NCBI GenBank assembly: GCA_951406725.2
Contig: OX597819.1
Coordinates: 23,126,001-23,190,000, forward strand
Source of the DNA: Octopus vulgaris
Lineage: Eukaryota
DNA length: 64,000 nucleotides
Direction: 5' to 3'
The translations under genes and the position numbers were made by a program. Shown in pieces: positions 40,345 through 54,027 of this stretch; position 1 is the first letter of the stretch, and the number at the start of each line of letters is the position of its first letter. The notes under the pieces were generated by a model. It did not search any database and had not been told where the DNA came from. It saw only the letters and a program-made list of their open reading frames with translations.

Positions 40345-43300
40345 TTTAATTGATGAGAGATAAAGATGACTTACGAATTACCTTATCCGCAGTTTCATTC
40401 GATCAATCGACAGTACACACGTTCGACCTAAAAAGCCTAAAATGTTATTTGCTAAAGTTCAAGAGTGAACGACTGATTCAGGACCTGCAGATTCTCTTCT
40501 CAGATTGTGGATTCAAATTTATGCTTAGAATTATTTATCTACTTTCTATACCAGTAAATATCTTAGTGGCTCGCTGAGTAGATTTGCAAGGCTTTTGTAG
40601 ACTGTGACATATAACTCTCCACCATTAATATTGTTGTTAATATTTCCATCAAAATTCTAGCGAAAAAGATTTCTTTGTTTGAAATAAATTCCTTCTTTAT
40701 AGGAAAAATTTCAATGAATATAAAGGGAAAGAATATACGTAACGGTCAGCCAGACTTAGAGAATGGACATCCTGTCCACTGAATTTGGAATAAACACAAT
40801 CTTCAATATCAATGTCAGGCATATAAGCCTTGTTACACACCAGCAACTCTTATAATTAATCTGTAGTTCAACCTTTTTCACTTTTTTTTTCAAACTAGTG
40901 ATGTCATTCGCCACAAAGTTGTACACAGCACGCAGTGATTCGCTACAAATAGCAAGGATGCACTCGACAACCTCAACGACATCGGATAATAAGTGAAAAG
41001 TACATAACAGAATAGAATCATATTTTTGGTGTGTTTACATCCCCGTAACTTAGCAGTTTGGGAAAAGCCTGATAAAATAAGCACCATGCTTTAAAAAATT
41101 CTACTGGAGTAATTCATTCTAAAACTGCTTCAAACGGTGCCCCAGCATGGTCGCTGTCCTATGGCTGAAACAAACAAATAAAAGATGAAATAAAGCGGTG
41201 AAATGGCAGAACCGTTAGCGTGTCGAACAAAAAGCTTAGTGGTATTTTTTCCGACTTTTTAAGTTCTGCTCCCAAATCCCGCCCAACCCAACATAGCTTT
41301 TCATCGTTTCAGAGTCGATAAAATAATGTACCAATCAAGTACATTATCGATTAACCCAGCCCTCCCCAAAATTGCGGGCCTTGAGCCAAAACTTGATGTC
41401 ATTAAGACGGCGAGCTGACAGAATTATTAGTGAGGTGGACAAAATGATTAGCAGAATTATTTCCGCTCTTTACGTTCTGCTTTCAAAACCTGCCGAGTTT
41501 AGCTTTGACTGTCATCGTTTCGGAGTTGAGTCGACAAAATAAACTACCAAGTCGATATAGGTTATTAACTCTCTGTCCCTGAGCATATCGGACTTATTTG
41601 TAGATATAGAAGAGACCGAAACTAAAATGTTTTTTTAGGATCAAAAGTATACCCATAGCTCTGCTTCTGATAACATAGCCAAGAGAAAGGATTCCTTTGT
41701 TGCCTACGTGAACAAATAAAGATATGTGATGCTGACTGTCATTTCGTGACAAAGCAGTTACGCCAACAACAGTTGTTGAACATGAGAGGAGAGTTTGTGA
41801 TTGCAGTTTTATTCCCAGCATTATGAACAGACCCAACTATCAGTAGAGGAACGTATTCATAAAATACATATGCCAATACCACTTATGGCAACAGACCAGA
41901 CACCGATTGCTATTCTGTAGCCTTGCAGTAAGGATGACGATGTACGTCTAGCTGTCAGTTACTATAATATCAATCATGATAATAAGTGTTTAGGCGTGAG
42001 AAAAATGTAAATTATTGAAATGTATTTTCAATGAAACGTTCCATGAGAAAATTACGTCGTTTTAAAAACTCTTGCTAAAAGACAGATCATATTTTATTGT
42101 CAATAAGGATAAAAATCAAATATTGATAACGGTCAAATATTGATAATAATAAAATATTTATAAAAGTTTCGCTAAGTTGATTAACGATACAGGCAGAGAA
42201 TATTTGCAACAAAGTTTTTATTCCTTCATTTTTTTGGCAAATAAATACCATTTTATATGTCATCTCCAGTGCTACTAAGCAATATCTTGAAGTTACTAAA
42301 AAGCAAAAGAAAAAAATCCAAACAATAAAAAAATGCCATCATTGATTTGCAAAATAGCAAAAATTACTGTTTATTTCCGAGATTCTCAGTCTTGGGAAGA
42401 TACTAATCACTCGGAAAGAAATAAACAAGGGTATTTCTGGAATTAGGAAAGAGAGAAAACTTATATATAAATCCATATTCATGGCGTGCCCTGGCAGCCA
42501 GCTATCGTAAGTGAGACAATAATTTCTCGATAATTCAGGAGGGATTGGAAGATTGAATTTTAAATCGAAGAATAGTGAAATTGGTGCACAGAATATACGC
42601 ATTTAGCATTTCTTTATACACACTCTAGATATCTAAAATTTCTTGTATGTAGTCATGTACAGCGCCATTTGATACATATCTGAAATCGTCAGAATGGCAT
42701 TGCCCTCCTACAAAAGTTAACAGCTGTCAGTGAGAAACTTAAACTTCAGAAGAAGATGACTACCGGATGTAATAATTAACAAGAATTTCAGTAGAAATTT
42801 ATTCGCAGTCTAAAGAGATATGACACGACAATCAATAAAGTCACAGTCACCTTGTCAGGAAGATACGGATTCATGCAGTAAAAAAATTTGAAGTGAGTAA
42901 AAGGAGCCTTACTAGAAAGCAGTTTGGCCTGAAGCCATTTGAAAGAAAGATTATCTCTGCATTATATTAAAAGCATACAATAAAAATATGGAGACTGTGA
43001 CAATCTGATAATCTGGAGACTGTAACAAAATGACTTCTGAATAGCAAAGCACTGGAAAGATATTTGATTTTCCCTTATTGGTAAAACAAGAGTGATCTTC
43101 TATGGCGGATATTTTAATAACCTTTACAAGCAAAATCTGAAAGGAAATAGGATATATACCAAACCGGTTTTCTTCGATTGAAACAATGCTGATGCGAAAA
43201 ATAAAATAACCACTCACATGACGATGAACTAAAGAGAATGATTGTATTGTAGGTGTTAGAATAAAGTATTGCACTAGAGTATCGCAATGAAATAGTCTCT

Positions 43301-44842
43301 CTATAATGCTGCTTATTACTTGCAGTGAATGCTTGTGGCTGGTTTAGTTTTTCCGAAGATTTGAAAGGGGCGTAACTGGAATACAGGACAAGAGAAACAG
43401 CATTTCAAGCATAGCTTCTTGATGACCAGCGTGATTGTAAAATCAAGGCAAACGTACAAATCAGTCCGGCAAAATCAGATTTCGAAGGAAGGATAAAAAT
43501 CCACTGTAATGTAACATGGCGCGCATAACCAAAGAGTATAACGCCCTGGTGAAAATATGGTCCTCAGAGCTGTCTGTACACTATAAATCAGTGGGCCGTT
43601 CAAGAATTTGGACCTGGAGATCTCCATTTCCAGCGACCTCAAGGGCCACCTCCCAGTGGCGTCGGGCGTCAACGAAGAGCCCTCGACTACAACAAGACAG
43701 CAAAGTTTTTTTTTTTTCCAAGGTCTGGGGTCCCCCGCCCTAAGCCCTAGACCATCACCTAATCACCCTTACCCGTCTTGTTGCTTAACAAGAACAACAA
43801 TAAATCAGTGGCGCACAGTATGTTTGCTAAGCAATTGATCATACGAACATTCGGGACACTCACTTTGATGCAAGATGGGATCCGAGCTATTCATGTTAAA
43901 AGCCGATAGCAGCCATTCCCAGAAATGTTCACGACAGCAGTAATTAGCATCGAAGAGCATCTATAGAATAAATATACATACATTATGCAAATAGCACTGC
44001 GTAGAATAGAAAAAAGCTATACTGAAAGTATTCCCTAACTGACGACCATTGATACACAGCCAGGGAAGTTGGACAGCTCTAGCGCAACAAAACATCTAAT
44101 AAAAAGGCTATTCACAAATCACCAAAAGGAAATGGGTGGCCATGTTGCATATGGTTTTAAGGTGACTTAGATAAGCAGAGGAGTGGATCAGCAAGTGATG
44201 TTTGTGTGTGTGTGTGTATATGTGTGTGTGTATTTGTGTGTGTATTTGTGTGTGTGTGTTTGTACCGATATGCATATACATATAATAAATACACTAAGTC
44301 TTGGAGAATCATACTTCCAGGCAAAAATATCTAAAAATATGTAAAACGTTCCAGATGTTTATCCTCTGATTGGTATATATATATCGACATATACTAACAT
44401 ACGTACATGCCTTTGTATACATAAACACGGAGATCCACATGCAACCTTTGATACAAACATACATCACACATACGCAGATACATACACGCATCAGTGCGTG
44501 TGTATATATGGATACATACATGCTCACATGCCTCGTAGCATACATGCATAAACATGCCTAGATTCATGCATGCTTACGTATATACATACATGTGTACACA
44601 TATACACGCACACTTATAATCAGTCATTCATCCATCCATTCATCTGCATATACATACATACAAACATACACATAAACATACATATAAACATACATACGTA
44701 CATACATACATACATACATACTTGATGGATGACCTGCCGTAAAACTATTCTGATTGTTTGATCAACCGGACAGCCTAATCAATGAATTATGGTGAAAGTG
44801 CCTGAGTAGTACACACACACATCTATATATATATATATATAT

Positions 44843-44921
<79 letters not shown>

Positions 44922-45659
44922 TAAACCTGTACTATTAATGTAACCCACAGCAGAGAACCTGAATAAATCAATATTAGGTTTCTTGAGTTATTGTTTCCAA
45001 TGAATATCATTTTCAAATAGTCTTATGCGATCACTTCTTGGCAGACTATTATAATTACCAGAAACCTGTTTCTCAAAAGATATTCCTCATAAAGCTGATG
45101 GCAAAAGATTTAGTGTGTGTACTGTAAATTTCTTTCCATTAATCGAAAACTGTTTAAATAGCTTGGATCCAGAATTTTCATTCAAGAATTTAAAAAATTA
45201 AAAAGACGATAGATGAATATGAAAAGAAGAATATTTGAGTTTCTCCTTTTTAGTCTTGGAAAGTATCTTGCTCACCTTGGCTATTCCTGGTAGAGGTTGC
45301 TTCAGGAAATATTTCACAAGTAAATTACTTCCAAAATAGTTTGTAATTATATTACAGTTCTTAACTCAATGGACAAGGTTGCAATTTTACATATTAATAT
45401 AACGTTGACGTCTTCAAAGTATATGACGATAGATTCTATTTGAAAATACAATGCGACAATCTCTGAGATTTTACTTCATTATTCGTTATTATTACTTTTG
45501 TTGTTTCTATTGTCGTTGCTGCTGCTGTTATTGTTATTTAGCTCCAGGAAGAGTGCGTACTGGAAGAATCGTTAGCACGCTGGGCAAAATATTTCACAGC
45601 TTTCTTCTGGCTTCAGGCTCTGATTTCAAATTCTGCCAAGTTCGACTTACCATTATGCA

Positions 45660-46112
45660 TCTTTCCACTTTCTTCAGAAAGCAGAATGTTATTCGAGGGA
45701 CATTGGATCGTTATGTTCAGCAGGCCAAACTACCACGTAGAGGCCTTCACTTTGACGTAAATTCAAGCTAATCGTTGCCATTCTTTACTCTGCGGTCGAT
45801 AAAATAAGTACCAGTTGATCACTGGGTTCAAGGTAATTAACTAGACCCTTCTGCAAAATAAATAATTCACGCCTTGTTCATGTAGTAGAAAAGTTATTTA
45901 GTTACAGGAGATGCTGATCGAGCAGGTCTGAGATCTAACGAATTCTAACAGTGATTAGCCCAGCATTTAAGCATATTTACGATTACCATTAAGTGATTGT
46001 ATCTTTCCACATTCTTCAGAAAACAGAATGTTATTCGAGGGTCACTGGATCGGTGTGTTTTGCAGGTCAAGCTACCACGTAGAGGCCTTCACTTTGGCGT
46101 AAATCCAAGCTA
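45660..46112. repeat. Diverged direct repeat of about 110 bp (45660-45770 and 46001-46112)
   Basis: Both read ATCTTTCCAC.TTCTTCAGAAA.CAGAATGTTATTCGAGGG..CTACCACGTAGAGGCCTTCACTTTG.CGTAAAT.CAAGCTAA. The first copy interrupts a family-A SINE. Confidence 0.85.
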
Positions 46113-46834
46113 AACGTTATAATTTTTTACTTCCTTATTTACTACAGGAGTTCTCAACCAGAGCCCATATAACATTTGAGGGGGGGGGCGTGTAAGCAAA
46201 ATAGTAAATTGTGCACTCACAGAAGTATATTAAGTGTGCCCGAAAAACTTCGGCCATGCTGGGGCACCGCATTAAAGAAGTTTTAGTCGAATAAATTGAC
46301 CCCAGTACCCTTTCGTCAAGCCTGGTACTTATTCTAACTTCTGCCGAACCGCTAAGTTGCAGGGACGTATACACCAACATCGGTTATCAAGCGATGGTGG
46401 CGGACAAATACACACACGGAGACATATATACATTCATATATATGTGTGTGCGTGTGTGTGTATGTGCGTGCGTACAAGGCGAGCTTCTTTCAGGGTGCCA
46501 GTCGATTAGATCGACCCCAGTACGCAACTGTTACTTAATTTATCGACCACAAAAGGATGAAAGGTAAAGTCGACCTCGGCGGAATTTGAACTCAGAAAAT
46601 AAAGACAGACAAAACACCGCTAAGCATTTCGCCCGGCGTGGTAACGTTTCTGCTAGCTCGCCGCCTTCAATCAATTTATCATAGCCAGAACAATTGTGTC
46701 TCAAGCTAAAATGAAAACCTCGACGTAGAAGCTCCCTCAAATCACATCTTGATATTCCAAAGGAAGCTCTACTTGCGAAAATATAGCGCTGCCTTTTATT
46801 CACTATGTTCGACAAATAGACGGAGTGGTAACTC

Positions 46835-47046
46835 TTTTACTCTCTTACGTGTTCCAGTCATTTGACTGTGTCCATGCTGGGGCACTGCCTTTAGTCGAGC
46901 AAATCGACCCCAGGACTTATTCTTAGTAAGCCTAGTACTTATTCTATCGGACTCTTTTGCCGAACCGCTAATTTACGGGGACGTAAACACACCAGCATCG
47001 GTTGTCAAGCCATGTTGGGGGGACAAACACAAACACACAAACATAT

Positions 47047-47089
<43 letters not shown>

Positions 47090-47190
47090 TATATACGACG
47101 AGCTTCTTTCAGTTTCCGTCTACCAAATCCACTCACAAGGCTTTGGTCGACCCGAGGCTATAGTAGAAGACACTTGCCCAAGATGCCACG
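46835..47190 (-). mobile_element. Family-B SINE
   Basis: Reverse complement of the 48136 element; further copies at about 21385, 27570, 40960, 46250, 55955-56420, 57450 and 59995. Confidence 0.85.
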
Positions 47191-47372
47191 ACTTCAGTGA
47201 GATACTTCTTGTCAAATCGAATTTAAATGAAATCCCGCCGAACTCAGCATTGCCTTTCATCCTTTCGGGGGTCTATAAAATAAATATAACTTGAACGCTG
47301 AGGTCGACGACATCGACTTACTCTCTTCCACATAATTGCTGCCCTTGTACAAATTTTGAAACTAATAATAGC

Positions 47373-47427
<55 letters not shown>

Positions 47428-47803
47428 TGGAGGCGCAATGGCCCAGTAGTTAGGGCAGCGGACTCGCAGTCATGGGATCGCAGTTTCGATTCCCAGGCCG
47501 TGCGTTGTGAGTGTTTATTGAGTGAGGTTCCGGCAGCGGGTGGGGGGAGGGTGGCGAACCCTGCTGTATTCTTTCACCACAACCTTCTCTCACTCTCTCT
47601 CTCCCTGTTTCTGTTGTACCTGTATTTCAAAGGGCCAGCCTTGTCACACTCTGTCTCATGCTGAATCTCCCCGAGAACTATGTTAAGGGTACACGTGTCT
47701 GTGGAGTACTCAGCCACTTGCACGTTAATTTCCCCAGCAGGCTGTTCCGTTTATTCGGATCAACTGGAGCCCGCGTCGTCGTAACCGGCCGAGTGCCACG
47801 ACG
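47428..47803 (+). mobile_element. tRNA-derived SINE (family D) inserted in (GTA)n
   Basis: A-box TGGCCCAGTAG and B-box GTTTCGATTCC; (GTA)n on both sides; related copy at 52812-52993. Confidence 0.8.
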
Positions 47804-47804
47804 T

Positions 47805-47855
<51 letters not shown>

Positions 47856-48135
47856 TGCATTTTAACGGCATTTCGCCCGTCCTTACATACTGCGTTCAAA
47901 TTCCGCCGAGATCGGCTTTGCCTCCTTTCATCTCTTTCGGGGTCGCTAAAATAAGTACCAGCTGAGCACTGGGGTCGATGTAATCGACTTACTCTACTCA
48001 CTAAATTTGCTGACTTTTTTTCCAAAATACGAAACCAATATCAATACGGATTTAAAACGGAAAAAACTGAAAGCAAAAGGAAACAATATAAAACAAACAA
48101 ATGAAGAAAAACTAATAATTTTTTTCCGTGTAAAT

Positions 48136-48545
48136 GGCGCAGGAGTGGTTGTGTGGTAAGTAGCTTGCTAACCAACCACATGGTTCCGGGTTCAGTCCCA
48201 CTGCGTGGCATCTTGGGCAAGTGTCTTCTGCTATAGCTCCGGGCCGACCAAAGCCTTGTGAGTGGATTTGGTAGACGGAAACTGAAAGAAGCCTGTCGTA
48301 TATATGTATATATATGTATATGTATGTGTGTGTGTTTGTGTGCTGGTGTGTTTACATCCCCCGTCACTTAGCGGTTCGGCAAAAAGAGACCGATAGAATA
48401 AGTACTGGGCTTACAAAGAATAAGTCCCGGGGTTGATTTGCTCGACTAAAAAAAAGGCGGTGCTCCAGCATGGCCGCAGTCAAATGACTGAAACAAGTAA
48501 AAGAAAAAAGAAAAAAGAAAAAGAAAAGAAAAAAAGAAAGAAAAT
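48136..48545 (+). mobile_element. Full-length family-B tRNA-derived SINE with CORE-like segment, internal microsatellite and A-rich tail
   Basis: GGCGCAGGAGTGGTTGTGTGG..GGTTCAGTCCC..CTTGGGCAAGTGTCTT..(TA/TG)n..GACTGAAACAAGTAAAAGA followed by an A-rich tail. Confidence 0.9.
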
Positions 48546-48574
48546 GGTTGTAATATTGATTTTAAACATTCATA

Positions 48575-49341
48575 ATGAAACAAACAATAAATAGCAACAC
48601 GAACAATACTCACAACCACATACATTTTGCTGAGCATAAATTTGATGGCATTCAAAACAGTTTTACGACCGTTGCTTGCCAAAAAAAAAAAAGTATCTGG
48701 ACATGATAAAGATCTAATCAGAGCAACAATTTGTCACGAAAGACACATGGGAAAAAAGAAAGTTGACATAGCTCTACCTCGAGAAGATCAGGGTGCTTTC
48801 GACTTTGATATGTTCATCGACAATGTAAAATCATGCGGAAATATCTGCCTAGTAGTCAAAACCGAAGTTTAGTGGAAGCAATGCGATACGACATACCACT
48901 TTTCATGATATATGTACATGGTATCGCAATATACGATCCAGCGTTTATTGAAGAGGTGAAGCTAAATGCAGAAGACTTCTTGTCACATTCGAAAAGTATA
49001 CTTCAGTATTCGAAAATGTTAACCTCAACCTACCCAGGTAAAAAAGGACTTAACGATGCCTTATGCTGCGCCCAACCTAAAAATGGGTTACGGGTGTCTT
49101 TGGATTTATCAAGCATCAATATGATGAGTGGCGGGCAGGCAGATGGAAGGCAAATAATATGTGTGAGTGTGAGATCATATCCCATTCGCTTCAGATTGCT
49201 GTAAACGGTTCTTCTCACAACAATGAACTGACAGAACTACTAAACGAACTCAAGGAACTGGAAGATATGGGCTCCGAATATGAGAAACACGTAATTGATA
49301 AACTGCTGGGAGAAGTACGCTTGTCACCTGTAGACAACTAA
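48575..49341 (+). pseudogene. Candidate endogenous viral element: phenuivirus-like nucleocapsid (N) pseudogene
   Basis: Overlapping same-strand ORFs (48627-48872, 48833-49204, 49159-49341) join by frameshifts into about 250 codons with no introns. Blocks FAEHKFDG, KDLIRATICHERHMGKK, KYLPSS, IPLFMIY..IYDPAF, SHSKSILQYSKML..YPGKK and SLQIAVNGS are colinear with recalled phlebovirus N blocks. Manual alignment only. Confidence 0.6.
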
Positions 49342-50284
49342 TGCCCGATTTCCAAGAGGATACGAAACATATTTTGCTGATCTGACACAAAGGAAGCTCA
49401 CGGCCACCTTCGAGTATATTAGTTACAAGATAATAACACGAACTCAAAATTGTGGCGTGCTCAAGGCCAACCGTATTAGTTCTCACTGAAGTGTGGGTAG
49501 GTTCCGCCTCTGTGATAATGAAATTTTAGTAGTAATAAGGCGGTGAGATGGCAGAATCGTTAGCGCGCCGGACAAAATGCTTAGCGGCATTTCGTCGGTC
49601 TTTACCCTCTGAGTTCAAATTTCGTAGAGGTCGACTTTGCCTCTCATTCGCCGGGATCGATTAAATAATTACCAGTTAAGCACTGGGGCCGATGTAATCG
49701 ACTAGCCCCCTTCCCCAAAATTTCCGACCTTGTGCCAAAAATTGAAACCTACATATTATTATTATTAGTAGTAGTAGTAGTAGTAGCAGCAGCAGCAGCA
49801 GTAGCAGTAGTAGTAGTAGTAGTAGTAGTAGCAGCAGCAGCAGCAGTGCCCGACAGATACGTGGTTCGCGTTAAGTCAGTTGGCCAGTTTCTCTTTTATG
49901 CCTCAATTGAAAATGTGGTATAAGATGTCTAATTTTATAATTTATATGCATTTAGAACTTCAATTTTCAGTAAGTGCAGAGATAATTGTGTATTTACATG
50001 ATGTATGCAAGTGAAGATAGAAGTCCTGTGACACTGAAGTCAGCACAGAAAGTTGCCCATAAATAAAATCAAGCTAGCACGCACGCTATAGCGTACAAAT
50101 ACACAGTTAAATTAAGAAATATTTGGGATTAACTTTACTTAGAGAATAGAGTGCGATTTCAACGATGCTTAACGTATGATGTGTAATCAATCAATTGAAA
50201 TCTATGATCTAAGAAAGTTATGGGTGCACAGAAGGAGATGAAACCTCTTCATCGTTCCACAATATCCAATCCTGTATTATATTA

Positions 50285-51057
50285 AACATGAAATTCATCA
50301 CGATGTATTTCAACTATGCAGAAATGTTATTCATCAAAGTAAGTTCCATTACAATTAAAACACATTGTTGCGAACGAGTTGCAAGTTTGTTTATTACGGT
50401 AACATAAATAACTGGAGTTCTGGAGCTGATGAACTCTTTGAATGCACTTTCAGTATCGGTTTGATTTTTGAACCCCTTCTCTCGCAGAAAACCATGAAGG
50501 TGCTTGATAAAGTGGTAGTCGATAGGAGAAATGCTTGGGGAATAAGCTGGGTGGGGAAGAACTTCGTAGTCAAGTTCCTTCAACTTCTGGAGCATCATTA
50601 GTGAAACGTGGGGTCGGACATTGGCCATCTTCTGTTGCCCAGTCTGGGACGGAGAAGTAGCAGGTTTTCGTTCATTTTGGCAATATCATGGCAATATGTT
50701 TCTGCAGTAATGGGTTTTCCGGGTTTTAAGAAGTTATAGTGGATGGGTCCCGCAGTACGACACCAAACAATCACCATAACCTTCTTTTTGAAGAGCTCGA
50801 GTTTAGGGAATGCTTTCAGTGCTTCATTTTGGTCCAACCACTGCAAAGAACGTTCTTCATTATTGTACAGAATCCACTTTTCATCGCAAGTTACTATACG
50901 GTCGAGAAATGGATCGGTCTGGTTACGGAGAAGAAGCGACTTGAAAATTTCATAACTGCCCCTTTGTTTCATTTCCATTCAAATTGTGTGGCCCCCATTG
51001 TCGAGATTGTTTGATTTTCCGATCACATGCAAATGGTTGCAGGCAGTTGAGCACTGA
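50285..51057 (-). mobile_element. Decayed mariner transposon, same family as 10365-11430, 5'-truncated
   Basis: DRIVTCDEKWILYNN, ANVRPH, HPAYSPSISPIDYH; clear similarity to the first copy. Confidence 0.92.
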
Positions 51058-51120
51058 AGTACCCCCTTCCCCAAAAATTTCAGGCTTGTACCTAAAGTAG
51101 AAAAGATTATTATCATTATT

Positions 51121-52240
51121 TCTACAGCAGAGCCTGGTACACCTCCGTATTCCTGAAGTGTGTGCGGCACTGTGTGTTTTTCCCGTTGTTATTGTGGAGT
51201 TTAAACTCTTTCCGGTATCGTATTGCATCTGTTTGTTTGTTAAGGTGATTTGCTTAAGTCTTTTATTGTATTGGTGTATTTAATGTAAACAGTCTATCTT
51301 GTGTTTGTGGATTATTTTATTTGTGCTGTGACATTGAATTGGTTGTGTCTTGCGTCGAATATGGCCTGTTGTAGTAGGACTATTTTTAGATAGTGTATAT
51401 GACGTGTTGTGGGTCCAAGTATGGATCCTAGGCTTTTTGTTTTCATACGTTTTCATCATACCTAATGTTCTAATTATTACTGGTATTGTTCCTACTTTCA
51501 TGTTCCACATCTTGAATATTTTATTTTCAAGATCGTATTTTGACAGTTTATTCATTTCGTTTTGGGCAATATTTTGGTCCGAAGGGACTGCAAAGCATAT
51601 TAATTATGCCTGAGCGATTCAGGCATATTCCAGATGATTGTAGTCTGGTCGTTGACATGTACTTTGTTTGGCGCATAGTATTCTTAGTTAGTTTTAGGAC
51701 TGGACAGCTAGAGATGATGTGACCAATTGCCTCATTGTACTAGTTGCACATTCTGCATTTTGTATTTTGAGCACGTTTTCATAAATTGTTTTGACAGATG
51801 CTTGGGGTCAAGCATTATTAGTCTTGTACAGTAAGAATCAGTTCTTCCGTTTCTGTTTTCAGTCCAGAACTTTTGAGCCATTGTTGGTTTTTACTTCTTC
51901 TCTGTCAATATTTGCATAGTATCGGCCATGAATAGTTTTCTTTCCATTTCTTTTTTTTTAGTATGTTATGTTTTCATATTACATTTTTTCCTACTATAAT
52001 AATTTTTCTTGAGTTGTCATCTGCGTTCAGTGTTTCTGTTTGGTATATTTTTATTTTGTATTCTGTTGTCTCTTTGTGTATAGAGAAAACGTTTTATTTC
52101 TTTTTCGTGTCGCTTTATCATATTTAGTAGCCGTCCACTTTTTATTTCAACGTATTTTTCTAGTCCAACAGTTGCTATCTTATAATAGTTCTCTATCTGT
52201 CTCATCGTTGTTACTGATGTCGTTGTGGTTGTTCTTTTTC
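51121..52240 (-). mobile_element. R4/Dong-clade non-LTR retrotransposon 3' fragment
   Basis: CRMCN..EAIGHIISSC (CCHC), AVPSDQN..NKLSKY.L..KMW..IPVII.TLG (restriction-like endonuclease), and upstream W.KSSGLKTETE. The 3' end abuts a TAA-like tract. Confidence 0.8.
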
Positions 52241-52539
52241 TTCCAATCAGGACTCACGCCATTAGCCACAAAGAATAATCTTTAATTCGAGCCTCGTCTA
52301 AGCTACTAAGAATGTGTGTGGCAACTTAAAGATTCACCCACCACACGCGATAGACTGGCGGTTGCACGGGCGCGAAGGCTACGTTGTTATCCTCATTCCG
52401 TAAACGGTGGCTGTTTAATGGATGGAGAGCTAAATCATCCTGGGGTACAGAGGATTCGCAATCTAGACTAGGATCTGAGTTTGCCACACCATAGTGGGCT
52501 ACACCATGGTTCCTCTGCTTTGTGGCAGAAGTAAGAAGA

Positions 52540-53057
52540 AATAGTGAGAGAAAGTTGTGGTGAAAGAGTACAGCAAGGTTCACTCCTCACCACCCCCACA
52601 CACACACACCGTCGGAGGTGTTTTTGCTCAATAAACACTCACAATGCCCGGTCTGAGAATCGAAACCGTACAAGACTGTACAAAGTCTTGTACAAAATAA
52701 ATTTTGACTATTTATTAAAATTTTATGTATTGATTAAGTCTTTCTTTGTTTGTTTTGCAAAATAGTGGTTTTGTCTCTCATAATACTTTCCATGCTTAAC
52801 AACAACAGCAGTGTGGAAGTGTAATGGCCCAGTGGTTAGGGCAGCGGACTCGCGGTCGTAAGAACGCGGTTTCGATTCTCAGACCGGGCATTGTGAGTGT
52901 TTATTGAGCAAAAGCACCTCCGACGGTGTGTGTGTTGGGGGGTGGTGAGGAGTGAACCTTGCTGTACTCTTTCACCACAACTTTCTCTCACTATTAAAAT
53001 TTTATGTATTGATTAAGTCTTTCTTTGTTTGTTTTGCAAAATAGTGGTTTTGTCTCT
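52540..53057. repeat. Combined inverted and direct duplication involving a family-D SINE
   Basis: 52542-52669 is nearly the reverse complement of 52866-52995. 52714-52778 equals 52993-53057. A 10-bp-stem hairpin GTACAAGACT/AGTCTTGTAC sits at the junction. Confidence 0.85.
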
Positions 53058-53148
53058 AATAATATTTTATAATATTTTACTATAAAATTGGATTTAATCC
53101 TAAATCTGATTTTTTCCCTGTAAATTTGGATTTATTCCCTAATATTTA

Positions 53149-53202
<54 letters not shown>

Positions 53203-53306
53203 TATAATATATATACATACTTATATATACATAAATATATATATATTTTATATATATATGTAATATATATATATATATTTATAAATATAATATACATATA
53301 ATATAC

Positions 53307-53373
<67 letters not shown>

Positions 53374-53402
53374 CTATAATATATATATATATATATAATA
53401 TA

Positions 53403-53440
<38 letters not shown>

Positions 53441-53442
<2 letters not shown>

Positions 53443-53904
53443 TATAATTATGAATACAATTATAATTAGGGTTCAGCAAAAACTTTGCTTCACTATATAC
53501 CGAAATAGCAGTTAAAACTAGTTATTTCTCTACCATAGGAAAATCTTCCAGACAAACAATACTCAACAAACTACGTAAGCAAAGAGAAAAAGTAACGAAT
53601 CCACCCAGCTTTGATTAACTATTGATGCGTTTCGGAGTTAGATAGGTGGGAAAAAATGTAAAAACGATATTTCCACTCTATCATTCTCACTCTTCAGTAC
53701 AGTAATTCAAGATTTTAAATTTGAGAGCACTGTAAAAATTAAACATACTTATCTGAGCAACCGACATCAGACAACATACATCTAACAACCAGTACCTCCG
53801 AATTCAAACAGACGAATGAGATCTCGTATTCCCTCTCACTTACCCACGTGTGCTAATGAGTAAAATTCTACAGAAAAAAAATAGTAGTTTACTATCATTG
53901 AGAG

Positions 53905-53910
<6 letters not shown>
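53441..53910 (-). mobile_element. PLE terminal fragment with long-stem-II HHR (53618-53703)
   Basis: Minus strand CTGAAGA..GAG..GATAG.GTGGAAA-[loop]-TTCCCAC-CTATC..CTC-C-GAAACGCATC, degenerate at stems III and I. Lies between (TA)n tracts. Confidence 0.6.
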
Positions 53911-53957
<47 letters not shown>

Positions 53958-54027
53958 TAACATCTTATTATTACAAATAATATTCAATTGTAAGGTAACT
54001 AGATAAACGTGATTTTATATATATTTT

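Noticed and set aside
49385-49392. ACACAAAG, the phenuivirus terminal octamer, 44 nt after the candidate N stop codon
   Set aside because: Wrong orientation for the 3' end of an N-sense copy (CTTTGTGT expected), and an 8-mer occurs by chance in 64 kb; not used as evidence.
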